This document shows positions 37,748 to 52,576 of a DNA stretch of 64,000 nt, piece after piece. Source of the stretch: Octopus bimaculoides. Taxonomy: Eukaryota. The notes under the pieces were generated by a model. It searched no databases and was not told where the DNA came from. It worked only from the letters and a program-made list of their open reading frames with translations. The stretch covers positions 64,025,628 through 64,089,627 of the forward strand of contig NC_068984.1 in NCBI RefSeq assembly GCF_001194135.2. Direction: 5' to 3'. The stretch's first letter is position 1, and every line of letters begins with the position of its first letter. Made by a program: the position numbers and the translations under genes.

Positions 37748-38560
37748 GTTTTTATTTGTTTCAGTGATTTGACTGCTGCCATGCAGGAGCAGCACATTGA
37801 ATAGTTTTTAATCGAAATAAATTTACACCGTGACTTATTTTCTAAAGCCTAGTACTTATTCTATCGGTCTCAGTACCAAACCGTAAAATTACGAAGACGT
37901 AAACACCAAAACTATTCGTCGATCGATGATGGAAGGGGGGGGGGGGCAAATACAGACACAAAGACACACACACACACATATACGAGGTCTGATCAATAAA
38001 TGTCAGGACCGTTGCCATAGTGACGAAGCTAAAGCGTGCAGGGTAAATTCGCTAGGCGCAAACTGACCTTGAACTTGTTGTGCATACGCACTAATTTAAA
38101 AGTTATAACTCACTTCTGCTATTTACAGCAGTATTTGAAAAGAAGGTGTGTAGCGTGTGAAAATCGCATTGTCCATGACAGAGAAAGTTGTCATGGCGAT
38201 ACCTGCTCAGACGCCTATGCAAAGTTGCAGAAAATGTATGGAATGGAATGTATCAGCTGCACACAGTGTGTGAGTGCTTCAGATGTTTTCACGATGGCGT
38301 GTCTGTAACGTTTGTGCCAAAATTGCTTTCAGTTGAAACTCGGGTTTCAGTTGCATGAGATCTCCTTGATTGTCTCGAAAACAATGTAAACTTTTTGAAA
38401 ACTTTGCGTAAGCCCCTGAGCAGGTATCGCAAAGCTTTTCGCAAAATTTGATGCAAATTCTCTGCCTAACTTTCTCTGTCATGATCAAAGTGACGATCAC
38501 ATGCTACACACTTCCTTCGTTACTTTTGCAACAGTCGGGATACTTATTGATCAGACCGCG

Positions 38561-38640
<80 letters not shown>

Positions 38641-38852
38641 NNNNNNNNNNNNNNNNNNNNNNNNNNNNNNNNNNNNNNNNNNNNNNNNATATATATATAT
38701 ATATATATACGACGCGCTTCTTCCAGTTCCCGTCTAACAAATCCGCTCACAATACTTTGGATATTAGAAGACACTTGACCAAGGTACCACCTGTGGGACT
38801 GAACTCAGATCGATGTGGTTGGGAAGCTAGCTTCTTACCACACAGCCAGGCC
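37748..38852 (-). mobile_element. SINE family A copy interrupted by a mariner derivative and a gap
   Basis: 3' half at 37748-37980 and 5' half at 38705-38852; the internal (CA)/(TA) tract hosts the insertion. Confidence 0.8.
37983..38560. mobile_element. Non-autonomous mariner derivative with TIRs and TA TSD
   Basis: TA|CGAGGTCTGATCAATAA ... TTATTGATCAGACCGCG|TA. Internal transposase scraps MTEKV, DTCSDAYAKLQKMYG and FVPKLLS on plus, and MTEKVRQRICIKFCEKL on minus. Confidence 0.9.
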
Positions 38853-38867
38853 AACACCTGTATACAT

Positions 38868-39000
38868 GCAGGGTGCAGTGAATTAACTGTCTTCAAATTA
38901 CGCAAAAATAAAAATAACTTTGATATCTCACTTTAGCAGATATATTTACCAACATTACATGAAAATATCTTGGAATACTAAAGAGTAATAACACTGTTAA
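38868..39000 (-). mobile_element. 3' terminal fragment of the Tc1/maT-like family also seen at 58930-59645
   Basis: CAGGGTGCAGTG...CAGATATATTTAC..ATTACAT.AAAATAT aligns to the reverse complement of 59530-59645. A related end occurs at about 54335-54380. Confidence 0.6.
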
Positions 39001-39966
39001 TAACATTGTTTACAAGATTCTATGCTTAGAATGACCAAATATAAACACCATTGGAACTTGCACACAAGATACAGGAAACTTATATATACACATATATAGA
39101 CCATTCTGGTTAAATAATGGAACTGCAAATATAATATCCTTATGTATCTCACTTCTATTTTCATTCCTTCAGTTCCCTCTGTATTTCATATCTTCTCTAC
39201 AATAATTATTATTTAAACATTTTCTCGCACCGTCTCTAATATGTATATGGTAAATGAAAGACCGAAGATGGAATACACGAGAATTTTTATTAGACATGAC
39301 AGTTGTTCCGACGTATCTAGCATCGATCCCTCACGAGTAAGACGCTTAGCAACTTGTTCAAGTGTATCCAGCGGTACAGATGTGTGTCATTAGAGGGTAA
39401 GTATCTATCTATTTAGTTATTTATTTATGTGTGTATATATATATAAATATATCTATATATATATATATANNNNNNNNNNNNNNNNNNNNNNNNNNNNNNN
39501 NNNNNNNNNNNNNNNNNNNNNNNNNNNNNNNNNNNNNNNNNNNNNNNNNNNNNNNNNNNNNNNNNNNNNNNNNNNNNNNNNNNNNNNNNNNNNNNNNNNN
39601 NNNNNNNNNNNNNNNNNNNNNNNNNNNNNNNNNNNNNNNNNNNNNNNNNNNNNNNNNNNNNNNNNNNNNNNNNNNNNNNNNNNNNNNNNNNNNNNNNNNN
39701 NNNNNNNNNNNNNNNNNNNNNNNNNNNNNNNNNNNNNNNNNNNNNNNNNNNNNNNNNNNNNNNNNNNNNNNNNNNNNNNNNNNNNNNNNNNNNNNNNNNN
39801 NNNNNNNNNNNNNNNNNNNNNNNNNNNNNNNNNNNNNNNNNNNNNNNNNNNNNNNNNNNNNNNNNNNNNNNNNNNNNNNNNNNNNNNNNNNNNNNNNNNN
39901 NNNNNNNNNNNNNNNNNNNNNNNNNNNNNNNNNNNNNNNNNNNNNNNNNNNNNNNNNNNNNNNNNN

Positions 39967-40002
<36 letters not shown>

Positions 40003-42407
40003 AATATTTATATTTATATATATTACATATATTTATATATATACACACATAAATAAATAACTAAATAGATAGATACTTACCCTCTAATGACACACATCTG
40101 TATATGAGCAATCTATGCTTTGAATACATGTTTGTGAATCGTGTGTGTTTCTGTTACTGAGCACGTGTGTATATGCAGGCACATGCGTAAGCGCGCGTGT
40201 GCTTCTCTGCATACATATACTGCTGTCGTAATCTAACGTTTTAATAATACATACATGTGACAGTTATTTTCTTTTAGTAACAAAACAGGAAGTTAACAGT
40301 TTAACAACTTTCATTCATGTTTTTGCCGCTGCTTTTTGTTTCTTGCTTTTTGTGTTTCAAACGATCTGTATCTGCTGTATCTCAACATTGATATTTGGTT
40401 GGGATTCAACTAGTTATAATTATGTAAAACATACCTAACATTTTTGTTGTTTGAAGGAAATGTGTTAAAATAAATGGACTTCTTAAAATAGATATTTACT
40501 GCCTCTTTCATATTTCCGAAAGCTTATAAATTCCAAATTCAGACATCATTGAAGGACAATTCGAAATTATATAACTACAAGAAAATTATTTTAATGAATC
40601 CGACACCAAAATATCAGTAAATATTATACTGTTTTATTACATATACAGCTGTATATATATCTCAATGAAAAATTGCATAAAATAGAATATCTTATCATCT
40701 ATGCATAAATGAATATAAGTAAGATGAATTTTGCATGCGTAGGCAGCAGACAAAATAATTTACAGTAAAGTCTGCTAATAAATTCATTACACCATTTTAC
40801 ATAAACTTTCTGCAGTCTTTTTTTTTTATTAAAATCTATCCTTTCTTACCGTACGTATAATATTATGTGAAGAATCTATTAATAACTTAGAGCACCAGTA
40901 TATCAATGAGTACGGACCTAATTACAAATCAATAGTGAATCGATCAGAATAAATTAAGTTTCTTTTCTTTACACTGTAAGTAATATTTCCCTAATGTATA
41001 TATTATTAGTTCTCACCATTTCCAAAACTTTGGAATATATTATTCATTAAGTTGGAATTCATATTTAAACATGTCTACACATATTCAATTATATTGGTTT
41101 CTACAAATGTCTCTGTCTGAAAATTAGCTACCTTATATTATTTAGCTTCGTTCTTCTTCTGATGTGATAAAATCCGCTACAAACGTGGTTCATTGTTGTT
41201 GTTTTTCATAAAAGTAGTGGTTTATTATAAATACCTCTCGAATGTGAAGCAATAGGTTACTCATCAACAAACCAATCAACTTCCGGTTATGGGCCGTACT
41301 CTGCCTCTCCTCTACAGTCCACTATATTGGGCTTTGTATCACAAGGTTGATTTACTTCATGTCATCGACATTCATCCCACCGACTCAAGTGCCTCTAATC
41401 ATGCAAGCCTTGCACCAAGCACATTTTTCAATTTTCCCTACCCAAAGAGAAAGTCTTCTAGAATTCTCTACCTACTCATGTTTTTCTTCAGTCATCGACT
41501 TCAATACAAACATGAACTACTTTGACCATACAAGTCTCAGAGGCATTATTAATGCCACATTGTCAATCCACACGAGGAACTAAACTATAAAGAGACTAAT
41601 ACAACCTGAGGTCTATCTATTGGCTTTACTTCTCCAATACACATTTGCTGCGTAGAATTAATGAAACAATTCTTCATTATAGTAGATATGTACAATAATG
41701 ATTCTCCATTTCTATTATCTTTTACTTTACTATGAGCGATAACAAACGTAATCCACTTCAAACTTTTCTTTAATTCATTTCAGTCACGTAGGACAAAATA
41801 CAAAGTTTGTCTTCTATCAGATTATAACCGAGTTACAAACCAGCCTCGTGAACTTTTAATTGGCGAATGTAAGACTTCGGTAAACAGTAAAATGAAAATC
41901 GCTTACCGAAAACAAATTACTTTCGGATAAGAATGTTAAGCCAAGAGTAATGCAAATCTAACATATTTCTAATGTTAGTGTTTAATGAAGAATGTAAAGC
42001 CTTAGGTATTCGAATATCTACATAACTTGCGAAATAGATGAAGCCACAAATGGGTTATTGCACCTGACAATATTTATACCCATCCAATAGGATTAAGAGT
42101 TGAAATCAATTCAGTAATATTATTGTAAATTCCCCCTATATTAAATAATTTTGGTGTTGACAATAGCCCTTAACGCTAACTTTGTGTTGACATTAAGCCT
42201 TAACAGTAGTCTTTTATAGCACAAACTAAATTCAGAAAAATACTCCAATTTTCTCAGCAGTAACAGGGTGCAAATATATGGACAGATCTATAGTGATGAA
42301 TTAATACATAAACTACATCTACAGCTGTCCCTCGCAAGCAGATATGACTTCGTAGTATGCACACCACTTGTTTTAGGTGTTTATGTAGTCTACGATATGC
42401 CAGCGAG

Positions 42408-42413
42408 CGAGCG

Positions 42414-42495
<82 letters not shown>
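42408..42495. repeat. (GA)n microsatellite
   Basis: Seen directly. Confidence 0.95.
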
Positions 42496-42500
<5 letters not shown>

Positions 42501-42689
42501 TGCTCCAGTATAGGGATTGTACGTTAATCGTTATTTTCGAAAGTATGAAAGGCAAAATAGACCTCGGAGGGATTTTAACTCAATGCACAAAGAGACAGAA
42601 AGATTAAAGTAATGCATGCTGTCTGTTGTTCCAATGGATTTCACCTGCAAAAGCATCTAAAAATAATTGTTTCTGATTAAGCCGCAAAG

Positions 42690-42830
42690 CCAGAAATTCT
42701 GAGGAGAGTGGGTTAAATGATGCCGACGATCCCATTACTTGACTGGTATTATATTTATCCACCGCAGAGAGACAAAAATCAAATTTGACATCGAACACCG
42801 TGAAATAATAAGTACCAGCAACATCAGAAT
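42690..42830 (-). mobile_element. Diverged fragment of a second tRNA-SINE family (Meta-like central domain)
   Basis: Similar to 55395-55500 and to scraps near 18345, 27775, 31190, 42545 and 53195 (GCCTTTCATCCTTTCGGGGTCGATAAAATAAGTACCAG-like). The domain name is inference. Confidence 0.45.
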
Positions 42831-44693
42831 GTAAATAGCACAATTATTTGCGACAAACTAATTAAAAATATTATAAATTAATGAAGGTCGCTACCTATCT
42901 TGGTTCAGCAATGCCCAAGCATATTTATGACACTTAAGAAGCCCTCGTACTCTGAATTTGATCCGCAACTCCAGCGACTCTGATATATTATTCTTCAAGA
43001 TGACTCAATATTTGATGAATAGTTTAGTTAGATTCCAAAGTTATCTAAATCGGAACCTAAGTTCAATATCCATTTGAAGCAATTTTTGCCCCACATGTAC
43101 TATTTTATTGCTGTATGGAAATCATGTTTTACCTCCATTAGCAATTGTAACCTCAGCACGATCACTCGCTCAATCTAGCAGAAGTAGTAAGCCAATCTCC
43201 TCAAACTGGTTAGTTTGTAGCATCTTACAAAATGAAGGATGTGATAGAAACTATTAATCCATTTATAAATATGATAGGATGATCGTGGTCAGGACCCATT
43301 AGATGAGCGATAACAGGCAAACCACTTCAAACTGTTTGATCGAGTTTGATCTGAAACTAAATGGCAACAGCCATAGTATGGAAAAACGAAAACGATCGTA
43401 ATTTGTAACTCAGATTGGTAGTTACAGCAACAAAGTTTCACTTAAATTGCATACTACTTTCATGAAAATACAAAAGTTACATTAGATAATATAGTCATAG
43501 GTTCTCCAAAATTATAAAGAACGACTGGATACTCATGACTGCAATTCTTTTAAACACAAGTCTGTACTACTATGGTTTGACTTAGAAGATAATCAGAAAG
43601 AAATATTTCTACGATTAGAAATATATTTGGAGGTAAACATTTAAAAATATTTTTGTTTTATTTACATCAATCAACTATTTTATTTGTTTAATATTGTTTT
43701 ATTTAAACCTTCGTTCAATGTTGCTCGAAAGTATTTGATTGCTGCAGTGGATATTAACAGGCGCTCTTTACAACAGTCGGAAAATGTACTTCTGTCGTAT
43801 CCTGGTGTAGAAGCCTGTATTAAGGAGAGATAGTTTCAATTCTTATTAGAACCTAATTTCACATTCTCTTTGATGCTTAAACAATACGTATTTCTTTTTA
43901 CATACATTTAAATTTGGTCGAATTTATTCATTCCTACAAAGTGTCGTGTAATCTGAAAATTTTGCCAGTTATTTATTGTCCTGTTCGCACTAATATCTCT
44001 GTAATTCCATGTGTTAAATTTAAAAGTACATTATTTCAAGTTTACTAGTACATATAAAATTAGCATAATATATAAAGACGAGACAGTTCGATTAAGTACG
44101 AACTATCATTTAGGTTTTTAGAAAAATAAAATTCTTTATTATAATGATTCAAATATATATAAGGACATTGGACGAGATAAGATTCAAGGTTTCAAGCGAA
44201 ACGTAAAGGGTCGATGATGGTATTACCTATAGCTCGTATTTAAAAACAATTTATTTATTTTCAATGGGCTGCATATTTGATAAGATACAAATTGTTTTTT
44301 TTCTTACTGTTTCCACTGTTTCCAAAATTGCTCTTACTTTGTTGCAGACATAGTCGTCTAAGTAATTGTCAGAAAATTATTATCCGCATATGGTATAGAA
44401 GTTTTATAATAGCCATTATAAAATTATCCCTCAGGTAATAATTTTCAAATATCTGAATATATATTCATCTAAATTGTTATATAAATTGTAAATTGAATGA
44501 TAGACAAATTATTTTTTTTTATTATTCAGTATATTATATGTAAAATGCTTTAGTCAAAAAAGTTTACGAAGACGTTGTTTATTACCTGTTCATAAGATTT
44601 CATTAACACTTCTCTATTTTGAGGGAACTTTCGGGGAAGCTCTGACAGCGAAATAGATTTAATCCCAAGCAAATGTTATGTCAGTTTAATGAA

Positions 44694-44724
<31 letters not shown>

Positions 44725-46149
44725 ATTTCTCTCTCTCACGCACGCTCTCTCGCTCACACACACATGCGTACACACACTCCTCTCTCTCTTCTACTTGCTC
44801 TCTCTCAGCACAGGAATAGATGTGCAATTCATTATGTTCTAACCTAAATCCTGGTATCAATATTGGAAAACATATTTTAAACGTACTTCAAACTAATTCA
44901 TAATGCTGATTCCCAGCTGTATTTACACAATATTAAATTTTTAAGTAAGGGCTGTTATATTTAATCTAGTGAACTATAATCCACGCTCACTCACTTCAAA
45001 TTACACTCATAAGAAAAAAAGATTAATCCTTAGCGTTGATGATAATTATAGGCATGAGAAGCAAGTGAGCCAAAATTGAAAACCAAGGGGCATATTAGTC
45101 TACGAAATTAATATGTAACACCTATATTTGTCTAGGCAAAATTAGTTTTGTTTTGATCACCTTTGGCTAGAAAACTGAAATTGGATTTTGGAATGCACCA
45201 TTAATAACGTCGAACTAGCAAAGGAACCGTTTCGTGGTCACTTTATCAGACAGAAATAGCATATAAATAACAGTGAAATCACTATAAGGTATCTGTACAA
45301 AAAGAAAATAAACGGAAGAATCCATGGGATAATTTTTACTATGCAAAATGGGGAGGTAGCCATGGTTTGAAGCGATATTAGTCTGATCGATCAGCTATGA
45401 CCAGGGTTAGGCTTCAACAAAGACAATCACGGTATTAATTACGGAAGTAAATTGAAATATCTTCCATCATGTGCAAAATCCAGTCTATGGATCGACAAAA
45501 TAGACCCTGTGTGGTCGCTAGACATGACAGCATCAGTAGCTGAATCAATGTCTAAACATTATATCCTATCGCCTTGAAAGGGAGTATTACAAGGAATAAT
45601 GTAAATCTAGACGCTATGTGTCTAAACATAAGACACACTTACTAAGGCAAAGAACTGCTTAAACAGTACCGACTGGATCTTAACAACAATAACAATCTGA
45701 TTAATTATTTCTAATTCTTAGCTTGAGCAAAGTAATTCAAAGTGAGATAAACATTTCTACGTAAGCATATTACATTTAAACAAAATTAAAACTGACTTCA
45801 CTATTTCTTTTTTTTGTTTTTGCTATTATATTCCCTAATATAAAAATGATTCAGTGTTTATATTAGGGAATATATTCATAATTGTTTTGAAACTCTGCCA
45901 GATTATTTTGCAATGCTATAGCCATAAGTATCTATACTTAACATACAATATTCCCTGCAAGATACTGGTGCTCCCCATCCACATGGAGAATGGAAATGAC
46001 GTTAAAAGTAGTGAGCAGATAGCAAATACGGAGGTTCAGAGGCAGTAGCTAATCCATCGCATGGTGTTCTTTTATATGCGAGTTAGGTTTTTTTTAGAGC
46101 TTTTTTATATAACAGTAATGCAATCATGCATATATTAGCAATACTCCAA

Positions 46150-46505
46150 GGTGTGAGTGTAAAATTATTGCTTGCCAACCACACGGTTCTGGTTTCAGTC
46201 CCACTGAGAGGCACATTAGGCAAGTGTCTCCTGTTATAGTCTATAGCCCCTGGCCGACCAAGGTTTGTGAGTGCTTTTGGCTGACGAAAAATGAAATAAG
46301 CCCGTCAATTGTGTGTGTCTGTATTTGTTTGTGAGTGTCATTGTGTGTTTGTCCACCAACCACTGCTTCATAACCGGCGGTGGTGTGTATATATCCCCGC
46401 AACTTAGTGGTTCGAACAAAGAAATCGATGGGATAAATTACAGGCTAAAATAAAAATAAGTACTGGTGGAGTCGATGATATTGACTAAAGCTCCACAAGG
46501 CAATG
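46150..46505 (+). mobile_element. Diverged SINE family A copy
   Basis: CCAACCACACGGTTCTGGTTTCAGTCCCACTG head, GCAAGTGTC body, AATAAGTACTGG..GTCGAT 3' part. Confidence 0.8.
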
Positions 46506-48785
46506 CTTTTTTTGATGGGGGAGGGGCTCCAATGATGAAAAGGTAATATTTACTGGGCAAATTTATATAGTGTAGAAGTGATATTAGGTATTTTTTACGT
46601 TTATTTCTGTTAAAAATCAGCATTCTTTATGTTAATAGTACTCTGAAATCCGTATTGTCCCTTTGAAATAGATAGTTCGAGGTTTGAAATTATTAATCTC
46701 ACTTTAAAGCGGCAAATTTCTCATTTAGAAGTAAAATCTGGACCCATAGAATTCTAATACACTGCCTTTTCTGAATTTCATGCGATTTGGCTCTTACTCT
46801 AAAACGTTCAACAAAAGCATTGGAAGTACTTGGGTGATAAATAAGTTGTTTAAGGGCTAGTAACACTGAAACACGCATTTCTCAAAAACAGTATACAAGA
46901 GTTGTTAACATCTCATTTATCTAGTGAAGTTCAGTAGATAATTTAACGCAAGTAGTATTATTGCTAAATGCATTGCTCATCTTTACAGTAGCGATTATTT
47001 TTTTTAATCTGTAACACATAATTTAAGATATTGGACAAAGTCATTTAAGAGATATGTGTGATAATCTCCTGGAATTTGTATGGTTCAACTTATATCCCAT
47101 GCCACAAACCTATGATGATATACAATCTAGTTGTCCCCATCCGATCATTATGACATTTATAGTTTAACTAGGACTGTATATTTTTCTAATGTGTTTTTAT
47201 TTTTCATTTTGCTAAAAAAATAGAGTATGATTTTACGTAGAATAGTTTTCTAATTTTTGCAGATCGAGTAAACAGCCAAGTTACAAACCGCCAGATATTT
47301 GACCCGTTACCCAGTACTTTATCCGTTTACACTTCAAAGCAACCTAATGATTGAATAGATGTAGTATAAACTATCTTTAGACGATATTTTTTGCTTTATA
47401 GTAAGAATGCCTAAGACCGAAAAAAAGTATAATGATATTTCTAAGGGTTCAATATAGACCTAACACAAATTTGAAACCTATTTTATTGCATAAAACTGGT
47501 GGAAACTGCAAGTTTGATCCACATTTAATGGACTGAAGAAAAGGCTAATTTGCTTTCTTAAAAGAAAGTTGTTGCTTGTGCTTAGGTTAGCCTAATTGAG
47601 ATCATTCTATTGTATAAGCGCAAGGCGTCTTGTATAAATGATCAAAAACATTATAGGTGCAATTATCCGCTCTGTTTACCTTCAATTATAGTGCACATGA
47701 TATTATACCATATTATGTGTCCTTCTTTCGTTTATCACTTGTGATTTGAGAGAGATTTGGTCCTCATTTCCGAGCAGGTCTATCATAAAGTCATTTTTTA
47801 CTGGCTCGTAAAACGTGGAAAGGTTCAGCGGTTATACAACAATCCTTTAATGTATGATTAATATTTCATATGTATTTTTATATTTCTTATACAATGTACT
47901 TTCCCTGATATTTTTTAGTAAAACTTTTTAAGACTATTGAAATGTATTGCTCTTTTACAAAATAATAGAAAACTATTATTGAACTTGATTTTCGTTTATA
48001 CTTATTTGTTCTGGCGCTGTTCCAAATTTCTTACAGTCCCAGGAATAAATTGGAGAATAAATTAATGATAATCATTTCTCTTTGAGACAGTGATTATATG
48101 AAACACATCTTCCAAATGCCATGAATATTTAATATTTCATTTCGTATATTTCTAAAGCATAACGGAATTTCCTGCAGCATAGGCACTAATACGCTGCTTG
48201 ATATAATAGTAACTCTTGAATTGTATAGTAATTGCTGTTTTCATGAAGATATATTAAGGAATGATTAGTTATATTCCATCTTCTGAGTATAGTAAATGGT
48301 ATACAGAAATGTTCACTAAGATTTAGACAAAACCGTTATTCTGCTTTCAAAGAAATCTCTATTGGCTAATCGGAAACATTTTCCATGTAAATTGAATATT
48401 TACCAAAAATTGTGCGCAGGAGATATGTAACTTTAAATTAATTCAATTAATGAAATAATTATAAAATTAGTAATTTTGATTTTCAGACGTTATAATTACA
48501 ATCAACATAATAGATATATTAAATTGATTTAGATTTCGTGAAATATTTAAGGGTAAGCTTACATATAAATACATATGTATGTGCGCGTATGTAGTGCGCA
48601 CGTATGTATATTTATATATATGAGTGTGTGTATACGTACATACATACATACATGCATACATACATATGCATGAATATTTGTACGCGCATAATGTTGCATG
48701 CCACACATATTCGCAACCAAATGTATTGGTAAAACAGATGACTGTTCAGGAAACGCACGCCAACACACAGGTACACACACACACA

Positions 48786-48843
<58 letters not shown>

Positions 48844-49240
48844 TGTGTGTGTGTTTGTGCGTATCTATATATATATGTATATATAGAGTGTGAGGGAGAG
48901 AGGGACGGAGAGATCGGGAGAGCGAGGTAGAGAGAGATGGAAGGCATGGGGAGCGGGATGAAAGAGAAAGGAAGTACTTAATGTGTATTATTATATCTTT
49001 ATGAAGGTGGCAGCGCATATATTCCAAAACCTGTGCACATAATTGAGTGAAACCGTAAGTGTGTCTCTACATGCATTTAAGAATATTAATATATTCATAT
49101 TAACTTATTGACTTAAATACATTCATTTGTAAACAACATTATAAATATTATAAATAACAGAGATTACTGTTTAACTTGCCAGATTAGCCGAAACATAGGG
49201 AGATCAGTCAATTGGAAATATTTGGGATAAATACCAATGT

Positions 49241-49366
49241 AAATAATTAGTTTCCTGAAATTCAGTAATTAAGATGTAAAGAAATATGTAATTAAGACGA
49301 AAGGAAACAAATACAAATACTTACATGTTCTGAACATGATTAATGTTGTTATATGTATGCATGGAA
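49241..49366 (+). repeat. 126-bp direct repeat, copy 1
   Basis: 3 mismatches versus 50638-50763. Confidence 0.95.
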
Positions 49367-50637
49367 TAGAAATCTATTCAACTATGTCTTTGAAAATAAA
49401 GCTCGACGAGAAAATAAAGACATTCAGAAGTCGAATTTATTTTGAATGGAATAAATTTAATAGCTTAAAGAGGCGAACACAACAACCAGAATGGATAAGC
49501 ATTCATGTATATATGCACACAACAGTTTATGCTAGAAGAATAGGGAGAAAATTGAGATGTAGGTTATTTATGTTTCCATGTGTTTGCTAAAAATGGGTAA
49601 ATATGTATTTGTGTATGAATATGTTGTATAAATATCATATTCTCTCACACAAGCTAATGCATAATTACACAACCATATGCCCACTCGTAAATTCATATAA
49701 ATGATATTCAATATATGTGTTAAGATGCTTGAGTAAGTATGTATATATGCGCAAAATGTTTGATATATAAATATATATGCGTATATGAACACTATTGTAT
49801 TCCGTGGAACGTATACAAGTTAATTTATAAAATATCCCGTTTGTTTGTTTGTTTGTTTGTTTGTTTTGCAAACTATGGTTAATTTGTGAACTTATAAACC
49901 TCACCTAGGGATGTTAATAAAATGGTTTCTAGTCTAATAAATATTCCACAGAACATGTTGCATTTTGGGGTCATAGCGTAAGCGTAATATAAACAGAGAT
50001 CAGAAAATGTATTAACGAAATGAAGTCTGTACAGCGCAAATGAATTAATGATGTAATAAGCATCAGATATCAAAAAATGCTATTAGCAAGCAAAATCTAG
50101 ATAAAACATCACATTATTTTAGTCTTTTCTGTATTGCTGCAATCTGAATTTTAAGGTCTTTTGTATTCCAATATTCCGTAATCAATTTTATTTCTTTTTT
50201 CTTAATACAAAACTTTTCATGGTTTGACACTTCCTCTTATACATGCTCTTGCATATCTTTTTCCCAAATCTAGAAGATTTTTGCATTCATGTAGTGATGT
50301 GTGAGATGTCTTTTGATATCAGATTCTCCTCCAAAGCTAATGAAGGTTTCCGGTACACGGTAAAATTGTTTTAATACACTTTATCTTGTAGTCAAACGAC
50401 ATTATTCAGTCTGAACATATATGGTGTTGTCCAAAATACTGAGAACCTCTCCGCACTAATTTATACGCTCAATGGGAATCAGAAATGAAGAATCAGATAC
50501 CAATATTGGAAATTTCTTGAAAGATATTTTCTCCGCTTCATAGGCTATAATACAAAATATTGACACCTTGATACCTTGTCGATTATTGGGGACACTTTAC
50601 ATTTAATCCGCTATCTATATATTAGTTTTCTGAAATT

Positions 50638-50763
50638 AAATAATTAGTTTCCTGAAATTCAGTAATTAAGATGTAAAGAAATATGTAATTAAGACGAAAG
50701 GAAACAAATGCAAATACTTACATATTTTGAACATGATTAATGTTGTTATATGTATGCATGGAA
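50638..50763 (+). repeat. 126-bp direct repeat, copy 2
   Basis: 3 mismatches versus 49241-49366. Confidence 0.95.
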
Positions 50764-51099
50764 ATGTTACTTTGATGTGGATAATAGATGATAGGTTTGT
50801 GAAGATGATTTTATTATAGATCCACTTCTAAAATTTTACACACAATGCCATGTACACGCACATACATATTGGCACACAACTCAAACACATCCACATATCT
50901 TTGTATATATGTATATATGCTGAAAACCAAGATATTCTCGACAAACGCAAGGTTTGAAACCAAAATACTTTTGTAAAGACAGTAGTAACATGTTATATTG
51001 CAGGGAATTCTTGATTTTTACAGTAATTTTTCTTCTCTGGATCTTGTCATTCTTCCCGATTTCATCTCTGGAAGCACTATTCTAGCGTACCGTAAAGGT

Positions 51100-52070
51100 C
51101 CTAGCTAAGCTGAGATTTCTTGATCTCCCTTTCCTTTCTCCGCTTCCCATGCTTTCTGTTCTTCTAAGTCTACACAGATCTAATTTGCACGGCTGCAGTT
51201 ATTTTATATTGCTTATTGAGATTTTAATTTTCACTAAATGAATGAATTACTCTTTCACTTCAGTTAGTTGCTTAGAGTTTTTGGTGTAACCCGCTTTCTC
51301 GCTATTCTTTGGTTTCTATCCAGTTGAGCCTAGTTTATCCTGTTGAGTGTCATCTCATCTTGTCCATTTGACTTATTCTCTTGTTGAGAACGCTGGGACA
51401 TTCGTGGTTTCTTAGTGCGTTTCTCCTAAAGATTTAAGGGGGTGCTGGTAATGAGAGTATTCTCTCTCTTTTATTCTAAGAGTTCTCCAGCGTATTACCT
51501 AGAGCTTCCGCTGTGCACTGCATCTGTTATCTCTCGTCTCCAGAATCATTCCCTAGCATTTTTTTTGGTTCTTTACAAACACCTTTTCATTGACATTTAC
51601 AATACCTCTTCAGTGAATGATGTTTCAGGGAACCATTATCATCAGTAAACGTCTACACTCGGTTTTGTGAGACATTCACCCACCACCTCTTGGGACACTC
51701 TGGAGACAGTGCTCACTCTTGAGTTTGGTAATTTGGACAGTGATCCCTTGCCTGTTTTTTTTATATACGATAGCTGTCTTATACACATGCACCAGTCTTA
51801 TATAGTGGTCATCTCTCTTTCCAGGGTCACTAAACATCCATCGCTGCTTTCAACTTTTCTAGAAGTACAAACGTTACCCAGAAATTCATGAAAGTAGTTA
51901 CTTCTTGTTTATTCAACTTTGAAGAATGTAGCTTTGACCAGGTGTTGATACCATTGGACAGTATCATTCCATAATTGTGTTTTAATCAAAAACAGTAAAA
52001 TATTTTTGTTAACAGGTCGGAAATAATAGCCAAAATCACAGCCCATGTACTGCTTCTAGCGTCTGCTTTA
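51100..52070 (-). mobile_element. Possible highly decayed LINE ORF2 fragment (endonuclease-to-RT linker)
   Basis: The minus strand is purine-rich and more complex than the flanks. There is only weak resemblance to APE C-terminal motifs and no diagnostic motif is intact. Confidence 0.25.
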
Positions 52071-52379
52071 GCGTCTCACACTCCAGAGCCAACAAGTGGA
52101 ATTTTGTTTATATTTTGCTGATTCTATCACGCTATGAGTATCTACTTTATCTCCTTTCCTCTTATCGCAATAACTGTAAGAATTCTCCATTTGCACAAGA
52201 TATATTTCGTATTTCGTATTTGCATGACATGCAAGCATTAATAATGTCGAAATGATGATGTAAACGTGGAAAACTATACAATAGGAAAATTCCAAGTGAC
52301 AAAGGTTGGAAAAACAATATCAATCGTTGATATTTCCTAAAATATAGTCCTCTTTTAAACATACACACACATAACCACA

Positions 52380-52487
52380 AGTATATATATATATATATGT
52401 GTGTGTGTATAGATAGATACATACATACACATATATATGTATATATATACATATATACACACATACATGTATACACACATTCGTGTG

Positions 52488-52523
<36 letters not shown>

Positions 52524-52545
52524 CACACAAATGTGTGTATACATG

Positions 52546-52576
<31 letters not shown>

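Noticed and set aside
39375-40102. Exact ~75-bp inverted repeat flanking the 39470-39965 gap
   Set aside because: Perfect identity right at both gap edges most likely reflects a misoriented duplicate contig end. Long reads could rescue it as a real palindrome.
41289-41640. Overlapping short ORFs in C-rich sequence as a gene or LINE fragment
   Set aside because: No recognisable motif, no splice support, and the ORFs are under 80 aa.
51600-51650. Minus-strand CTGATGA...GAAAC spacing like a hammerhead
   Set aside because: Stem II and stem I do not pair.
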